Assembly: GCA_046594105.1 (NCBI GenBank)
Contig: JBKJQB010000024.1
Coordinates: 1 to 63,568, forward strand
Length of the DNA: 63,568 nucleotides
Direction of reading: 5' to 3'
From: Thermoanaerobaculia bacterium
Lineage (GTDB): Bacteria > Acidobacteriota > Thermoanaerobaculia > Gp7-AA8
Positions 55,340-63,568 of the stretch are shown piece by piece. Every line of letters begins with the position of its first letter. The first letter of the stretch is position 1. Made by a program: the position numbers and the translations under genes. The notes beneath the pieces were generated by a model. That model did no database searches, was not told the origin of the DNA, and saw only the letters and a list, made by a program, of their open reading frames with translations.

Positions 55340-57892
55340 ATGACTGCCACCGCCGAGACAGCCAGGGCGCGGACCGCCGGACTGCTGGGGCGATTTGCCG
55401 CGTTCCTCGCCGAGCGCCATCCCTTTGCTCTGCGGCCCGCACTGACCGCCTGCGATCAGGCCTTGAGCGGACTGCAGATCGAGGACGGAAACGCAAAGTG
55501 GATCGACGCGCTCCGGGAGTCGCTGTCTCGAAGCCTTTCCAGCTCCCTGGCTCCGGCTCTCGCTCCGGACGCCAGTGTCGCCGCTCGCCTCGAAGGCGGC
55601 GTGCCCGAAACCACGCCCGGCGTGAACGTCAGCGAGCGGCTGCATCTCGCCGTGACCGAAGTGGTCGATGCCTGTGAGGGATTCCTCCGCCGGGAGGCCA
55701 TCGCCGCATCGCTCACCGCGGACGAACGGAAAGAAATGCTGCGCGGCATGCTGCTGACGCGGGCCACCGACAACCGGCTCAAACAGTTCTTTACCGGGGG
55801 CGAAGTGCGTTACGGCAACGCGTCGTTTCAGGGAAAGGGATTCCGTTCCCTCGGGCAGGAAGCGATTTACGCCGCAACCATCCGCCTCCATCGCCATCCA
55901 GGCTTGCAGTCGCCCGACGGCAACTGGCGCGGCGATGTCGTCTCCCCCATGATCCGCGACCTCGGTGTCGTTCTCGGCATGCACAACAACCGCTCCACCG
56001 TGCGCATGGTCCTCAGCACCCAGATGGGAAAGGCCGGGCCGCCGATGAACGGCAGGGATCTCCACGTCGGCGACTGGTCCCGCGGCATTCTTCCAGCCAT
56101 GGCTCCTCTCGGCACGCCGGCCCTGACCATCGCCGGCATCGCGCTTTCCTTCGCCCTGGATGCCGGGGCTGATCCAGGCGGTGACCTCGCTCCCCGCCGC
56201 GTGGCCATCTCCTTCATCGGCGAAGGGGCCACCTCCCTCGGTGAGTGGCACGAGGCCATCAACGCCTGCGCGGCGCGACGTCTCCCGGCGGTCTTTTGCG
56301 TCCAGAACAACCAGACGGCGCTCTCCACACCGGTCAGCGAGCAATCGGCGGTCCGCGTCTTCGCCGATAAGGCCGCCGGCTACGGCATTCCCAGCGTCAC
56401 CGTGGACGGCACCGATCCCGACGCCATCGCTGCGGCGGTCACCTGGGCCGCCGATCGCGCACGCGAGGGAAAGGGGCCGGCGCTGATCGAGCTCGTGTCC
56501 ATGCGCATGTGCGGCCATGCCCACCACGACGACATGCTGTACCTCGGCAAGGATCCTCAAACCTCCTGGACCTACCCGGCCGTGCTCGATGGGGGGTACG
56601 CCGATCGCGAGCTCTACGACTTCTGGTCGCGCAAAGACCCCATCGCCACCTACGCCGCTCGACTCGAGGCGGAAGGCGTCATCAGTGCGGACGATCTCGG
56701 GAAATGGAAAACCGAAATCGAAGCTCTGGTCGAGATCGAAGCGCGTGCGGTGATCGATGCTCCGTGGCCGGACGGATCGCTGGCAGGCCAAGGCGTCCTC
56801 GCCGGCGAGCCGTGTCGCTCCCGCATCGAAGTGCTCGATGACTCCGTTCGTCAGGCGGTCGCGCAATCCCATCCCCTGCCGGAGGTGGAAGCGGCACCGC
56901 CGTTCGACCCCAGGGGAAGAACGTTCCTCGAGGCGGTCATGCTCGGCGTGGGCGACGTGCTGCGAAGCGACCCGCGAGCGTTCGTCTATGGAGAGGATGT
57001 CGGCGGCAAGTACGGGAACGCCTTCCTGCTGCTCAAGCCGTTGCTGAAGGATTTCGGCGATCGGATGATCAACTCCATTCTGTCCGAGAGCGCCACAGTC
57101 GGCGTCTGCATCGGGGCCGCTCTGGCCGGAAAGCGGCCGATCGGAGAAATCCAGTTCAACGACTTCATCGCCACCGGGTTCAATCCGCTGGTCAATCAGG
57201 CGGCGAAGATCCGTTATCGCTGGGGCGGCTCCGTCCCCATGGTCCTGCGCATGCCGTGGGGAGGCTTGCGCCACGCCGGTCCGTACCACAGCCAGAACAC
57301 CGAGGCGTGGTTCTATCGGGTGCCCGGCCTGAAGATCGTGGCTCCCTCGACACCGCACGATGCGAGAGCCTTGATGGCCGCTGCGGTGGCGGATCCCGAT
57401 CCGGTTCTCTACTACGAGCACATCGCCCTCTATCGCGATCCGAAAGTGAAACAAGCCATTGGGGATGACGCGCCGCAGTCGCTCACGATCGGCAGAGCGG
57501 CGCTGCGCCGCGCTGGCGACGACCTGGCCATCATCTCGTACGGCGCCTACGTGCACGTAGGGATGCGGGTGGCCGAACGGCTGGCCGGAGACGGCATCGA
57601 GGCGTCGGTGCTTGACCTGCGCACGCTCTCTCCCCTCGATCGCGAAACGGTCCTCACGGTGGCGCGCCATTGCAATCGCGTGCTCTTCATCGAGGAAGAT
57701 ACCCGGACCGGTTCGATCGGCGAGTCGGTGGCTGCGATCATTCAGGAAGAAGCCTTCGAGTCCCTCGACGCGCCGGTTCGGGTGATCGGCGCGCTGGACA
57801 CGCCGGTACCGTATTCCCCGCCGCTGGAAGAAGTGTTTCTGGCGGGAGAAGCGGAGATCGAGCGGGCGGCGCGGTTGTTGATGGCGTACTGA
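55340..57892 (+). CDS. Fused alpha/beta E1 component of a 2-oxoacid dehydrogenase with an N-terminal extension
   Basis: TPP motif GEGA...QNN, RMCGHAHHD, beta-half YGEDV, GEIQF.DF, GPYHSQ, LDLRTL.PLD. Confidence 0.9.
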   Translation: MTATAETARARTAGLLGRFAAFLAERHPFALRPALTACDQALSGLQIEDGNAKWIDALRESLSRSLSSSLAPALAPDASVAARLEGGVPETTPGVNVSERLHLAVTEVVDACEGFLRREAIAASLTADERKEMLRGMLLTRATDNRLKQFFTGGEVRYGNASFQGKGFRSLGQEAIYAATIRLHRHPGLQSPDGNWRGDVVSPMIRDLGVVLGMHNNRSTVRMVLSTQMGKAGPPMNGRDLHVGDWSRGILPAMAPLGTPALTIAGIALSFALDAGADPGGDLAPRRVAISFIGEGATSLGEWHEAINACAARRLPAVFCVQNNQTALSTPVSEQSAVRVFADKAAGYGIPSVTVDGTDPDAIAAAVTWAADRAREGKGPALIELVSMRMCGHAHHDDMLYLGKDPQTSWTYPAVLDGGYADRELYDFWSRKDPIATYAARLEAEGVISADDLGKWKTEIEALVEIEARAVIDAPWPDGSLAGQGVLAGEPCRSRIEVLDDSVRQAVAQSHPLPEVEAAPPFDPRGRTFLEAVMLGVGDVLRSDPRAFVYGEDVGGKYGNAFLLLKPLLKDFGDRMINSILSESATVGVCIGAALAGKRPIGEIQFNDFIATGFNPLVNQAAKIRYRWGGSVPMVLRMPWGGLRHAGPYHSQNTEAWFYRVPGLKIVAPSTPHDARALMAAAVADPDPVLYYEHIALYRDPKVKQAIGDDAPQSLTIGRAALRRAGDDLAIISYGAYVHVGMRVAERLAGDGIEASVLDLRTLSPLDRETVLTVARHCNRVLFIEEDTRTGSIGESVAAIIQEEAFESLDAPVRVIGALDTPVPYSPPLEEVFLAGEAEIERAARLLMAY

Positions 57893-57987
57893 AAAGTTCC
57901 GTCCGTTTTCGGGATGCGCCGATGATGCTAAGAAATGGGAGCCTCTCCCGCGTCATCTGCAATCAAAGGCGGCCGAGTCGCGGCTGG

Positions 57988-58040
57988 GGCGAAAATCGTG
58001 GCGGACGCTTTGCGAACCAACGCCGCCGGCCGTGCCGGCC
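57988..58040 (-). repeat. R1b repeat copy (starts at the aldo/keto reductase TGA stop)
   Basis: TGA|A-GGCCGGCACGGCCGGCGGCGTTGGTTCGCAAAGCGTCCGCCACGATTTTCGCC. Confidence 0.85.
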
Positions 58041-58041
58041 T

Positions 58042-59010
58042 TCACTCTCCGCGATACAGCTTCCGCACCCAGGCCGCATCCACCGCATTGAGAACCTCGC
58101 CGGCCGTGGCCGCCGCCTCGACCTGCCGGCGATTGCGTTGACCGAGGAGCACGGTGGCGGTGTCGTTGCCGGCGAGGAGAACGCCAGTCAGCGCGTTCAG
58201 GACGGGCTCCTGACGCGACGCGAAACGGCGGGTCACCTCGTCGCGCGCGTTGCCCATCCGGGCGATGAACGAAGGATCGCGGAACTGCGGGATCCCGCTG
58301 CGAAAGTCTCCTTCCGGGAACTCCGCAGGGGCGTCGTACTTGCCCAGCAGCAGGCCATGCTTGAGCGGCGAGAAGAAGGCCACGCCCAGATCGTGAGCAT
58401 CCACCCACGCCTTCAGGCCGCTGGGCTCGTAATCGTCGTCGATGACGTTGCGGAACGGCTGCACCACATCGGGATCGACGCGCTCGATGAACCGCATGAG
58501 CTTGCGCAGGTCCCAGTCGGAGAGTCCGATGAATCGGATCTTCCCTTCCTCCTGCAGCTTACGCATCGCCGCAAGCGCGTCATCGAAATAGCGATCCTCG
58601 GGCCCGAAATCGCAGTGGTGAAAGTAGTGCAGGTCGATGACGTCGGTCTTCATGTTGCGCAACGACTGCTCGCATTGCGAGCGGAGGAACCCGGCGTCGT
58701 AGAAATGATCGTGCCGGCCTTTGACCCAGCCGAACTTTGTGGCCAGGAAGATGTCCTGGCGGGGAACGCCGGCGGCGAAGACTTCGCCGATGAGCTGCTC
58801 GGCGTGGCCGTTGCCGTACGCATCGGCGGTGTCCCAGTGCGTAATCCCCCGCCGGTGCGCCTCGATCAACGCCTCTCTGGCCTGATCGTCGTCGTGGCCG
58901 GTCCATCCCACCGAAGCACCGTTGCTCACGTTCGGCCCACCGTGCCCCCAGGTTCCCAGACTGATGACCGGAACCTGAACATCCGTTCTGCCCAATCGCA
59001 CCATTCGCAT
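58042..59010 (-). CDS. Aldo/keto reductase
   Basis: ISLGTWG, WDTADAYG.G..E, ATKFG, SLRNM.TD.IDL, GKIRFIGLS. Confidence 0.93.
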   Translation of the reverse strand: MRMVRLGRTDVQVPVISLGTWGHGGPNVSNGASVGWTGHDDDQAREALIEAHRRGITHWDTADAYGNGHAEQLIGEVFAAGVPRQDIFLATKFGWVKGRHDHFYDAGFLRSQCEQSLRNMKTDVIDLHYFHHCDFGPEDRYFDDALAAMRKLQEEGKIRFIGLSDWDLRKLMRFIERVDPDVVQPFRNVIDDDYEPSGLKAWVDAHDLGVAFFSPLKHGLLLGKYDAPAEFPEGDFRSGIPQFRDPSFIARMGNARDEVTRRFASRQEPVLNALTGVLLAGNDTATVLLGQRNRRQVEAAATAGEVLNAVDAAWVRKLYRGE

Positions 59011-59090
59011 GGGCCGGATTATGACAGTGGTGCCCATTTCGTCCGAAGTCCGCGAGCGCCCTGGCGCCGATCCGGGAGTAGGATTTCTCT

Positions 59091-59510
59091 ATGACCTGCG
59101 TTCTCTGCGACACCCCTGACCAGACCGGCGAAATCGTCTTCGAAGACGGCAGCGCCCTGGTCATCATTCACGACGACTGGGCCACACGCGGCCATCTGAT
59201 GGTGGTGTGGAAGGCCCACGTGCAGAATCTTTCGGATTTGAGTGACGATGAGGCTGCGCGCTTTGTTCGCCTCTACCTCCTTGCCGAACGGGCAGCGCTC
59301 CAGGCCACCGGAGCCGAGCGCGCCATCATCCTGAAACTGGGCATCGCTGTGCCACACCTGCACGTCCATATCTATCCGGTGTCGGCATCGCTCGACCGGC
59401 TCGCGGTGATGCAGATCCTCGACTCAAAGGTGAGGGAGGTCCCGGAGGACAGAGAACGGCGAGCGCTCGTGGACCATCTGCGGAGGGAATTGGCTGCCTT
59501 CCCCTTGTGA
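59091..59510 (+). CDS. HIT family protein
   Basis: CVLC, GHLMVV...H, histidine triad HLHVHIY. Confidence 0.9.
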   Translation: MTCVLCDTPDQTGEIVFEDGSALVIIHDDWATRGHLMVVWKAHVQNLSDLSDDEAARFVRLYLLAERAALQATGAERAIILKLGIAVPHLHVHIYPVSASLDRLAVMQILDSKVREVPEDRERRALVDHLRRELAAFPL

Positions 59511-59548
59511 GGCGATCGCCATCGGCATGACCGCTCCCGCCAGATTCC

Positions 59549-59585
59549 TTGACAGCACGCCTGCTGCTGAATGAGCATTCATTCA
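59549..59585 (+). promoter_or_regulatory. -35 box (TTGACA) and FadR(YsiA)-type operator of the tetR gene
   Basis: TTGACA at 59549-59554; perfect inverted repeat TGAATGA-GCAT-TCATTCA at 59568-59585, 1 nt before the ATG. Confidence 0.8.
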
Positions 59586-59586
59586 C

Positions 59587-60201
59587 ATGGCCCGGCTCTC
59601 CGCACCCCCCGCACCTCCTGAAGCCACCCGCGCCACTCCCAAGCGCGAGCGCATCCTCCGAGCGGCCATCGACGTCTTCGCCCGCAACGGTTACTTCAAC
59701 GCGAAGGTCTCGGAGATTGCAAAGGCTGCGGGCGTCGCCGACGGAACGATCTACCTCTACTTCGACGGCAAGGAGGATCTGCTGGTGACGGTTTTCCGGG
59801 AGCACACCCGCAGCTACCTGCAATCACTGGAGCGCGACCTTGCCCATGTCCGGCGGCCGGAGGAACGGCTGCGGATCGCCATCCGTCATCACCTGGAAAC
59901 GCTGGGCCGCGATCGCTCGCTGGCCATCGTGGCGCAGGTGGAACTGCGCCACAGCCTGAAGTTCATGAGCCTTCTGTCGCAGCAGGAGGTGGCCGACTAT
60001 CTCAACATGCTCCGGAAGATCGTCGAGCACGGACAGTCCGACGGCTCTTTCCGCCGCACCCTCCATCCCCAACTGGTGGCCAAGGCGCTCTTCGGCATCC
60101 TGGACGAGATGGTGACATCGTGGATTCTCTCCGAAAAAGAGTACGAGCTCGCCGCCCACTCGGATCAGATCGCCGATCTGATCCTGACTGGACTGCTGTA
60201 G
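59587..60201 (+). CDS. TetR-family regulator, FadR(YsiA)-like
   Basis: HTH ILRAAIDVFARNGY...GVADGTIYLYFDGKEDLL; G.LDEMVT.W C-terminal domain. Confidence 0.9.
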   Translation: MARLSAPPAPPEATRATPKRERILRAAIDVFARNGYFNAKVSEIAKAAGVADGTIYLYFDGKEDLLVTVFREHTRSYLQSLERDLAHVRRPEERLRIAIRHHLETLGRDRSLAIVAQVELRHSLKFMSLLSQQEVADYLNMLRKIVEHGQSDGSFRRTLHPQLVAKALFGILDEMVTSWILSEKEYELAAHSDQIADLILTGLL

Positions 60202-60277
60202 CCGGCACGGCCGGCGGCGCTGGTTGCCCAAGGCTCCGCCGAGATCACGCTCCATGACGTTCTGCCGCGCAGGCTCC
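60201..60277 (+). repeat. R1a repeat copy (shares its first G with the tetR TAG stop)
   Basis: TA|GCCGGCACGGCCGGCGGCGCTGGTTGCCCAAGGCTCCGCC... Confidence 0.9.
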
Positions 60278-60301
60278 TACGGGTCTCTCGGCGGCACGCC
60301 C

Positions 60302-61285
60302 TTACTCCGCTGCGGCGATCTGCGCTGCCGACGGTGCCTCTTCCCAATCCGTATGCGGCTTGCGGTTGAGCACGAGGTACTGCCAGATCAGCTCCCCGTA
60401 ACCATGTCCGGCGATGCCCCGCTTCTCGTAGAACGGCAGCAGGAGCCGCTGCAGACGCGGCAGGTTGTAGAAGGGCACGCCGGGAAAGTAGTGATGCTCG
60501 AGGTGATAGTTCGAGAAGAGATACGCCACATCCCAGAACCACGATCCCCGCATCAACGTGGCCCACTTCGCCGGGTCGGAGGGATCGATGTCGTAGTGCT
60601 GCCCCAGGCGATTCAAGGCGAAGGCGATGGGGAACACAAAGAAGACTGGAACGACGTACAACTTCCAGGCGATGAAACCGCCGCCGACCCAGGCGATCGT
60701 CGCCAGGACAGCGAGCTGGAAAGCGATGGTTGCCAGCCGCTCGCGGGCGATCAGCTTCCTGAGCTCGGGCGGGTACGAATCGGTCTCCTGCTTCGCCGCT
60801 CGAAAGTAAATCGGGAACAAGGCCGGCGTGAAGTAGAGCGCTTTCAGCCACCGGACATTTCGTTTCGGCGACAGGTAGTGACGCTTCGGATCCGCTTCGT
60901 ACGATCCGAGGTTGGCGTGATGATCGAGATGCCACTTCGTGAACTGGGAGGCGGAGATACCGCTGGGGACCGCGTACATCAGCCCGAGGAGCCGGTAAAT
61001 CGCCGGTCTGGCCTCGTTGAGCACAGCGCGATGGACGACCTCATGCAGCAGAACCGTGAAATCGAACACGGCGAAACCGGCCACCAGGGCAAAGGGCACC
61101 CACAGATACCACCGCTGGAAGTGGACGATGGCCGCGCCGGCCAGGATGAGCACCGCTACGTTGGCGATTCCAATGGCGACATGGAGGAGCGGCCTCTTCT
61201 TGTGCAGAAGGCGCAGCTCCTCGACCGGGACCTCGGCTGCGAGGTCCTTCTTCAACTGTCGAGCATGGTCGTCGTAATAGGCCAT
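60302..61285 (-). CDS. Fatty acid desaturase family protein
   Basis: His boxes HEVVH, HLDHH, HLEHH with TM segments. Confidence 0.9.
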   Translation of the reverse strand: MAYYDDHARQLKKDLAAEVPVEELRLLHKKRPLLHVAIGIANVAVLILAGAAIVHFQRWYLWVPFALVAGFAVFDFTVLLHEVVHRAVLNEARPAIYRLLGLMYAVPSGISASQFTKWHLDHHANLGSYEADPKRHYLSPKRNVRWLKALYFTPALFPIYFRAAKQETDSYPPELRKLIARERLATIAFQLAVLATIAWVGGGFIAWKLYVVPVFFVFPIAFALNRLGQHYDIDPSDPAKWATLMRGSWFWDVAYLFSNYHLEHHYFPGVPFYNLPRLQRLLLPFYEKRGIAGHGYGELIWQYLVLNRKPHTDWEEAPSAAQIAAAE

Positions 61286-61419
61286 TGTTTCGTCTGAGGA
61301 ATCGTAGGACAGAACCGCTCGCGGGCGAGGGTTATTCGTGCTCTTCCGAGGGGAAAATAGAGGACTTGCTGACGATCGATCGGGAACGGCACGAGGTTCG
61401 AAGGCATCCGAGACAGAGC

Positions 61420-61977
61420 ATGCGCGCACCTCTCTACACGATCAATCACTCCACCCGCTCTCTCGAAGAGTTCCTCGATCTGCTTCGAGAGAGCGGCGTA
61501 CTCCAGCTGGCGGACATCCGGCGGTATCCAGGCTCCCGCCGGTTTCCCCACTTTTCCCGCGATGCCCTCAACGAATCGCTGCCGCAGGCGGGGATCGACT
61601 ATGGCCACATGGCCGAGCTCGGCGGGCGGAGGAAATCGTCGCCGAACTCTTCCAACGGCGGCTGGCGCAACGAGCAGTTCCGAGCCTACGCGGATCACAT
61701 GGCCAGCGACGAGTTCCGCCAGGCGGTCGACCATCTTCTGGAGAGGGGTGCGCAGGGCTCGCTGGCGGTCATGTGCGCCGAGGCAGTGCCCTGGCGATGC
61801 CACCGCAACCTCCTGTCGGATGAGCTGGTCCGTCGCGGTCTGAACGTCGTTCACATCCTTGGATCGCAAGCCGTCAAGCTCCACGAATTGAATCCGATGG
61901 CCCGCGACTGCGGCGACCACCTTGAATACCCGCCGGAACAGCGCGATCTCGCACTGGGATCCACGAAGGTCTGCTGA
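61420..61977 (+). CDS. DUF488 family protein
   Basis: YTINHST (TIGHS variant), DIRRYPGS, LGGRR, MCAE..PWRCHR.L. Confidence 0.88.
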   Translation: MRAPLYTINHSTRSLEEFLDLLRESGVLQLADIRRYPGSRRFPHFSRDALNESLPQAGIDYGHMAELGGRRKSSPNSSNGGWRNEQFRAYADHMASDEFRQAVDHLLERGAQGSLAVMCAEAVPWRCHRNLLSDELVRRGLNVVHILGSQAVKLHELNPMARDCGDHLEYPPEQRDLALGSTKVC

Positions 61978-62082
61978 TCGGAAGGAGACAGGCGGATCCA
62001 GCGTCGGGTTGTGGAGCGCAGACCCGCCGTATGCCATGATCCGCGCTCGGTGGCGATTCCTGCGACGCCGCGACCCCCATCC

Positions 62083-63054
62083 ATGATCGTTCTTCCCGAC
62101 CCTCTCCGTCAGACGGACCTCCCTCGAGGGTGTGTCGCCACCATCGGAAACTTCGATGGGCTGCACGTCGGTCATCAGGCCATCATCAGCAGCGTGGTGG
62201 AGCGGGCCCGGGCGGCGCAACGGCCGTCGGTGGTGATCACCTTTCATCCCCATCCGCTGTCGGTGGTTGCACCCGATCGCGTGCCGCGGCAGATCCTGAC
62301 CATGTCCCAGAAAGAGGAAATCCTGCGTGACCTGGGGGTCGATGCGCTTCTGATCGTCCCCTTCAGCCACGAGTTCGCGCAGTGGACGGCGGACCGCTTC
62401 ATCGAAGAGTTCCTTGTCGCCGCGCTGCAGGTTCGGGAGGTGCTCATCGGACGGGACTTCTGTTTCGGCGCGAGGCGTGAGGGCAATCTGGCGAAGCTGG
62501 GCGAAGCGGGAGCGCGCTTTCGCTTCGCCGTCGACGGGATCGATGACGTGCAGGTCCGCGGAATCCGGGTCTCCAGCTCCATCATCCGCGATGCCATCAT
62601 CAAAGGCGCGATCCGCACCGCAACCCTGGGCCTTGGGCGACCTTACTTCATCGAAGGACGCGTGGCCACAGGCCGCAAACTGGGCCGCAAGATGGGGTTT
62701 CCCACCGTCAACGTCGATCCAGCCAACGAGCTTTTTCCGGGTGGTGGGGTGTACATCACCACGTCCCGTTTCGAGAGCTTCAGCCGCTCCTTCGAGAGCG
62801 TCACCAACATCGGCGTCCGTCCCACGCTCTACGAAAATTACGCCACGACCATCGAGAGCCACATTCTGGACTTTGACTCCAACGTGTACGGAGACACCGT
62901 GCGGCTCTACTTTCACGAGCTCCTGCGGCGCGAGCAGCAGTTCCGCTCGGCGCTCGAGCTGACCAACCAGATCCGCCATGACATCGAACGGTCCCGTGCG
63001 TACTTTCTCCGGCATCCGGTTCGCTTTGATGAAGCCGGATACTCCATGCGATGA
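62083..63054 (+). CDS. ribF: Bifunctional riboflavin kinase / FAD synthetase
   Basis: TIGNFDGLHVGHQ, VSSSIIR, GRKMGFPT.N, NIGVRPT, IESHILDF. Confidence 0.96.
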   Translation: MIVLPDPLRQTDLPRGCVATIGNFDGLHVGHQAIISSVVERARAAQRPSVVITFHPHPLSVVAPDRVPRQILTMSQKEEILRDLGVDALLIVPFSHEFAQWTADRFIEEFLVAALQVREVLIGRDFCFGARREGNLAKLGEAGARFRFAVDGIDDVQVRGIRVSSSIIRDAIIKGAIRTATLGLGRPYFIEGRVATGRKLGRKMGFPTVNVDPANELFPGGGVYITTSRFESFSRSFESVTNIGVRPTLYENYATTIESHILDFDSNVYGDTVRLYFHELLRREQQFRSALELTNQIRHDIERSRAYFLRHPVRFDEAGYSMR

Positions 63055-63568
63055 CCGATCCCGTTCTGACCCTGGTCGTGCTCGCGGGATTTCTCGCCCT
63101 GATGGCCCTCATGCACTTCTTCAAGACGCTCGACGGCGACCTGGCCGCTGCGTGGCGCACCCCCATCCTGGCTGGGGTCGCCGTCGGAGCGGTGCTGCGA
63201 TTTGCCATCCCCCCTCACCCCCTCTGGCAGGGCCTCCTGCTGAGCGGCGCCGCTCTATGGGCTCGTCACACCGGTCAGGAGAGCGAACCGATCGAAGGGA
63301 TGGTGATGGGAAGCGCCATGGGTGCCGCAGCGGGAGTTCCCTTCCTGCTCGGGGGTGGCGATCTGGAGATGCGCATGGTGGCCTCGCTGATCCTCACCGG
63401 TGCGGTGGCCGGCTTCGGAATCACCTTCGCCGCGTTCCACGTCGCGGACAGATTCCGCCAGCTCCTGTGGGATGCCGTCACCGCCTCGCTCGCCGTGGGC
63501 GCCGCCTGCGTCCCGTCGATCCTGGCTGGCCACGGCATCCGGGATCAGGAAACGCTCCTGGGAGTCGC
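63051..63568 (+). CDS. Hypothetical polytopic membrane protein (5' part; runs off the window)
   Basis: ATG overlaps the ribF stop; hand translation MTDPVLTLVVLAGFLALMALMHFF... is open to the edge and very hydrophobic. Confidence 0.7.
   Translation, partial: MTDPVLTLVVLAGFLALMALMHFFKTLDGDLAAAWRTPILAGVAVGAVLRFAIPPHPLWQGLLLSGAALWARHTGQESEPIEGMVMGSAMGAAAGVPFLLGGGDLEMRMVASLILTGAVAGFGITFAAFHVADRFRQLLWDAVTASLAVGAACVPSILAGHGIRDQETLLGV

Noticed and set aside
61435-61452. DUF488 motif reads TINHS instead of TIGHS
   Set aside because: A single substitution with all other motifs intact; not enough to infer altered function.

Overview
High-GC bacterial chromosomal segment, probably Acidobacteriota (Thermoanaerobaculia-like). 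That assignment is inferred from gene content, not from a search. About 24 kb (5.5-29.9 kb) is a type IV filament super-locus: pilD, a tandem pilT pair (one an 834-aa HEAT-repeat/PilT fusion), an orphan PilS-like kinase, a fimT-pilV-pilW-pilX minor-pilin operon with giant PilW (1034 aa) and PilX (857 aa, with an internal G11 tract) and no pilY1, then pilC-pilB-pilMNOP-secretin and three pseudopilins. The rest is mostly housekeeping: pstS and a porin, tRNA-Ala, tRNA-Sec, tonB-exbB-exbD-exbD, M16 peptidase, L,D-transpeptidase, recN, tsaC, mgtE, a Cld/ChdC-family gene, acpP-fabF, a fused 2-oxoacid dehydrogenase E1, a FadR-like TetR with its operator, a desaturase and ribF. The best non-coding signals are a DnaA-box cluster with an AT-rich core between tsaC and mgtE (oriC candidate), a 52-78 bp repeat whose copies start at stop codons, several REP-like families (nested at 6.4-6.9 kb), and a TANNNT hexamer 6-10 nt before about 12 start codons (leaderless-mRNA signature). 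No CRISPR array, integrase or transposase was seen. Most long alternative ORFs in the supplied track are GC-rich shadow frames.
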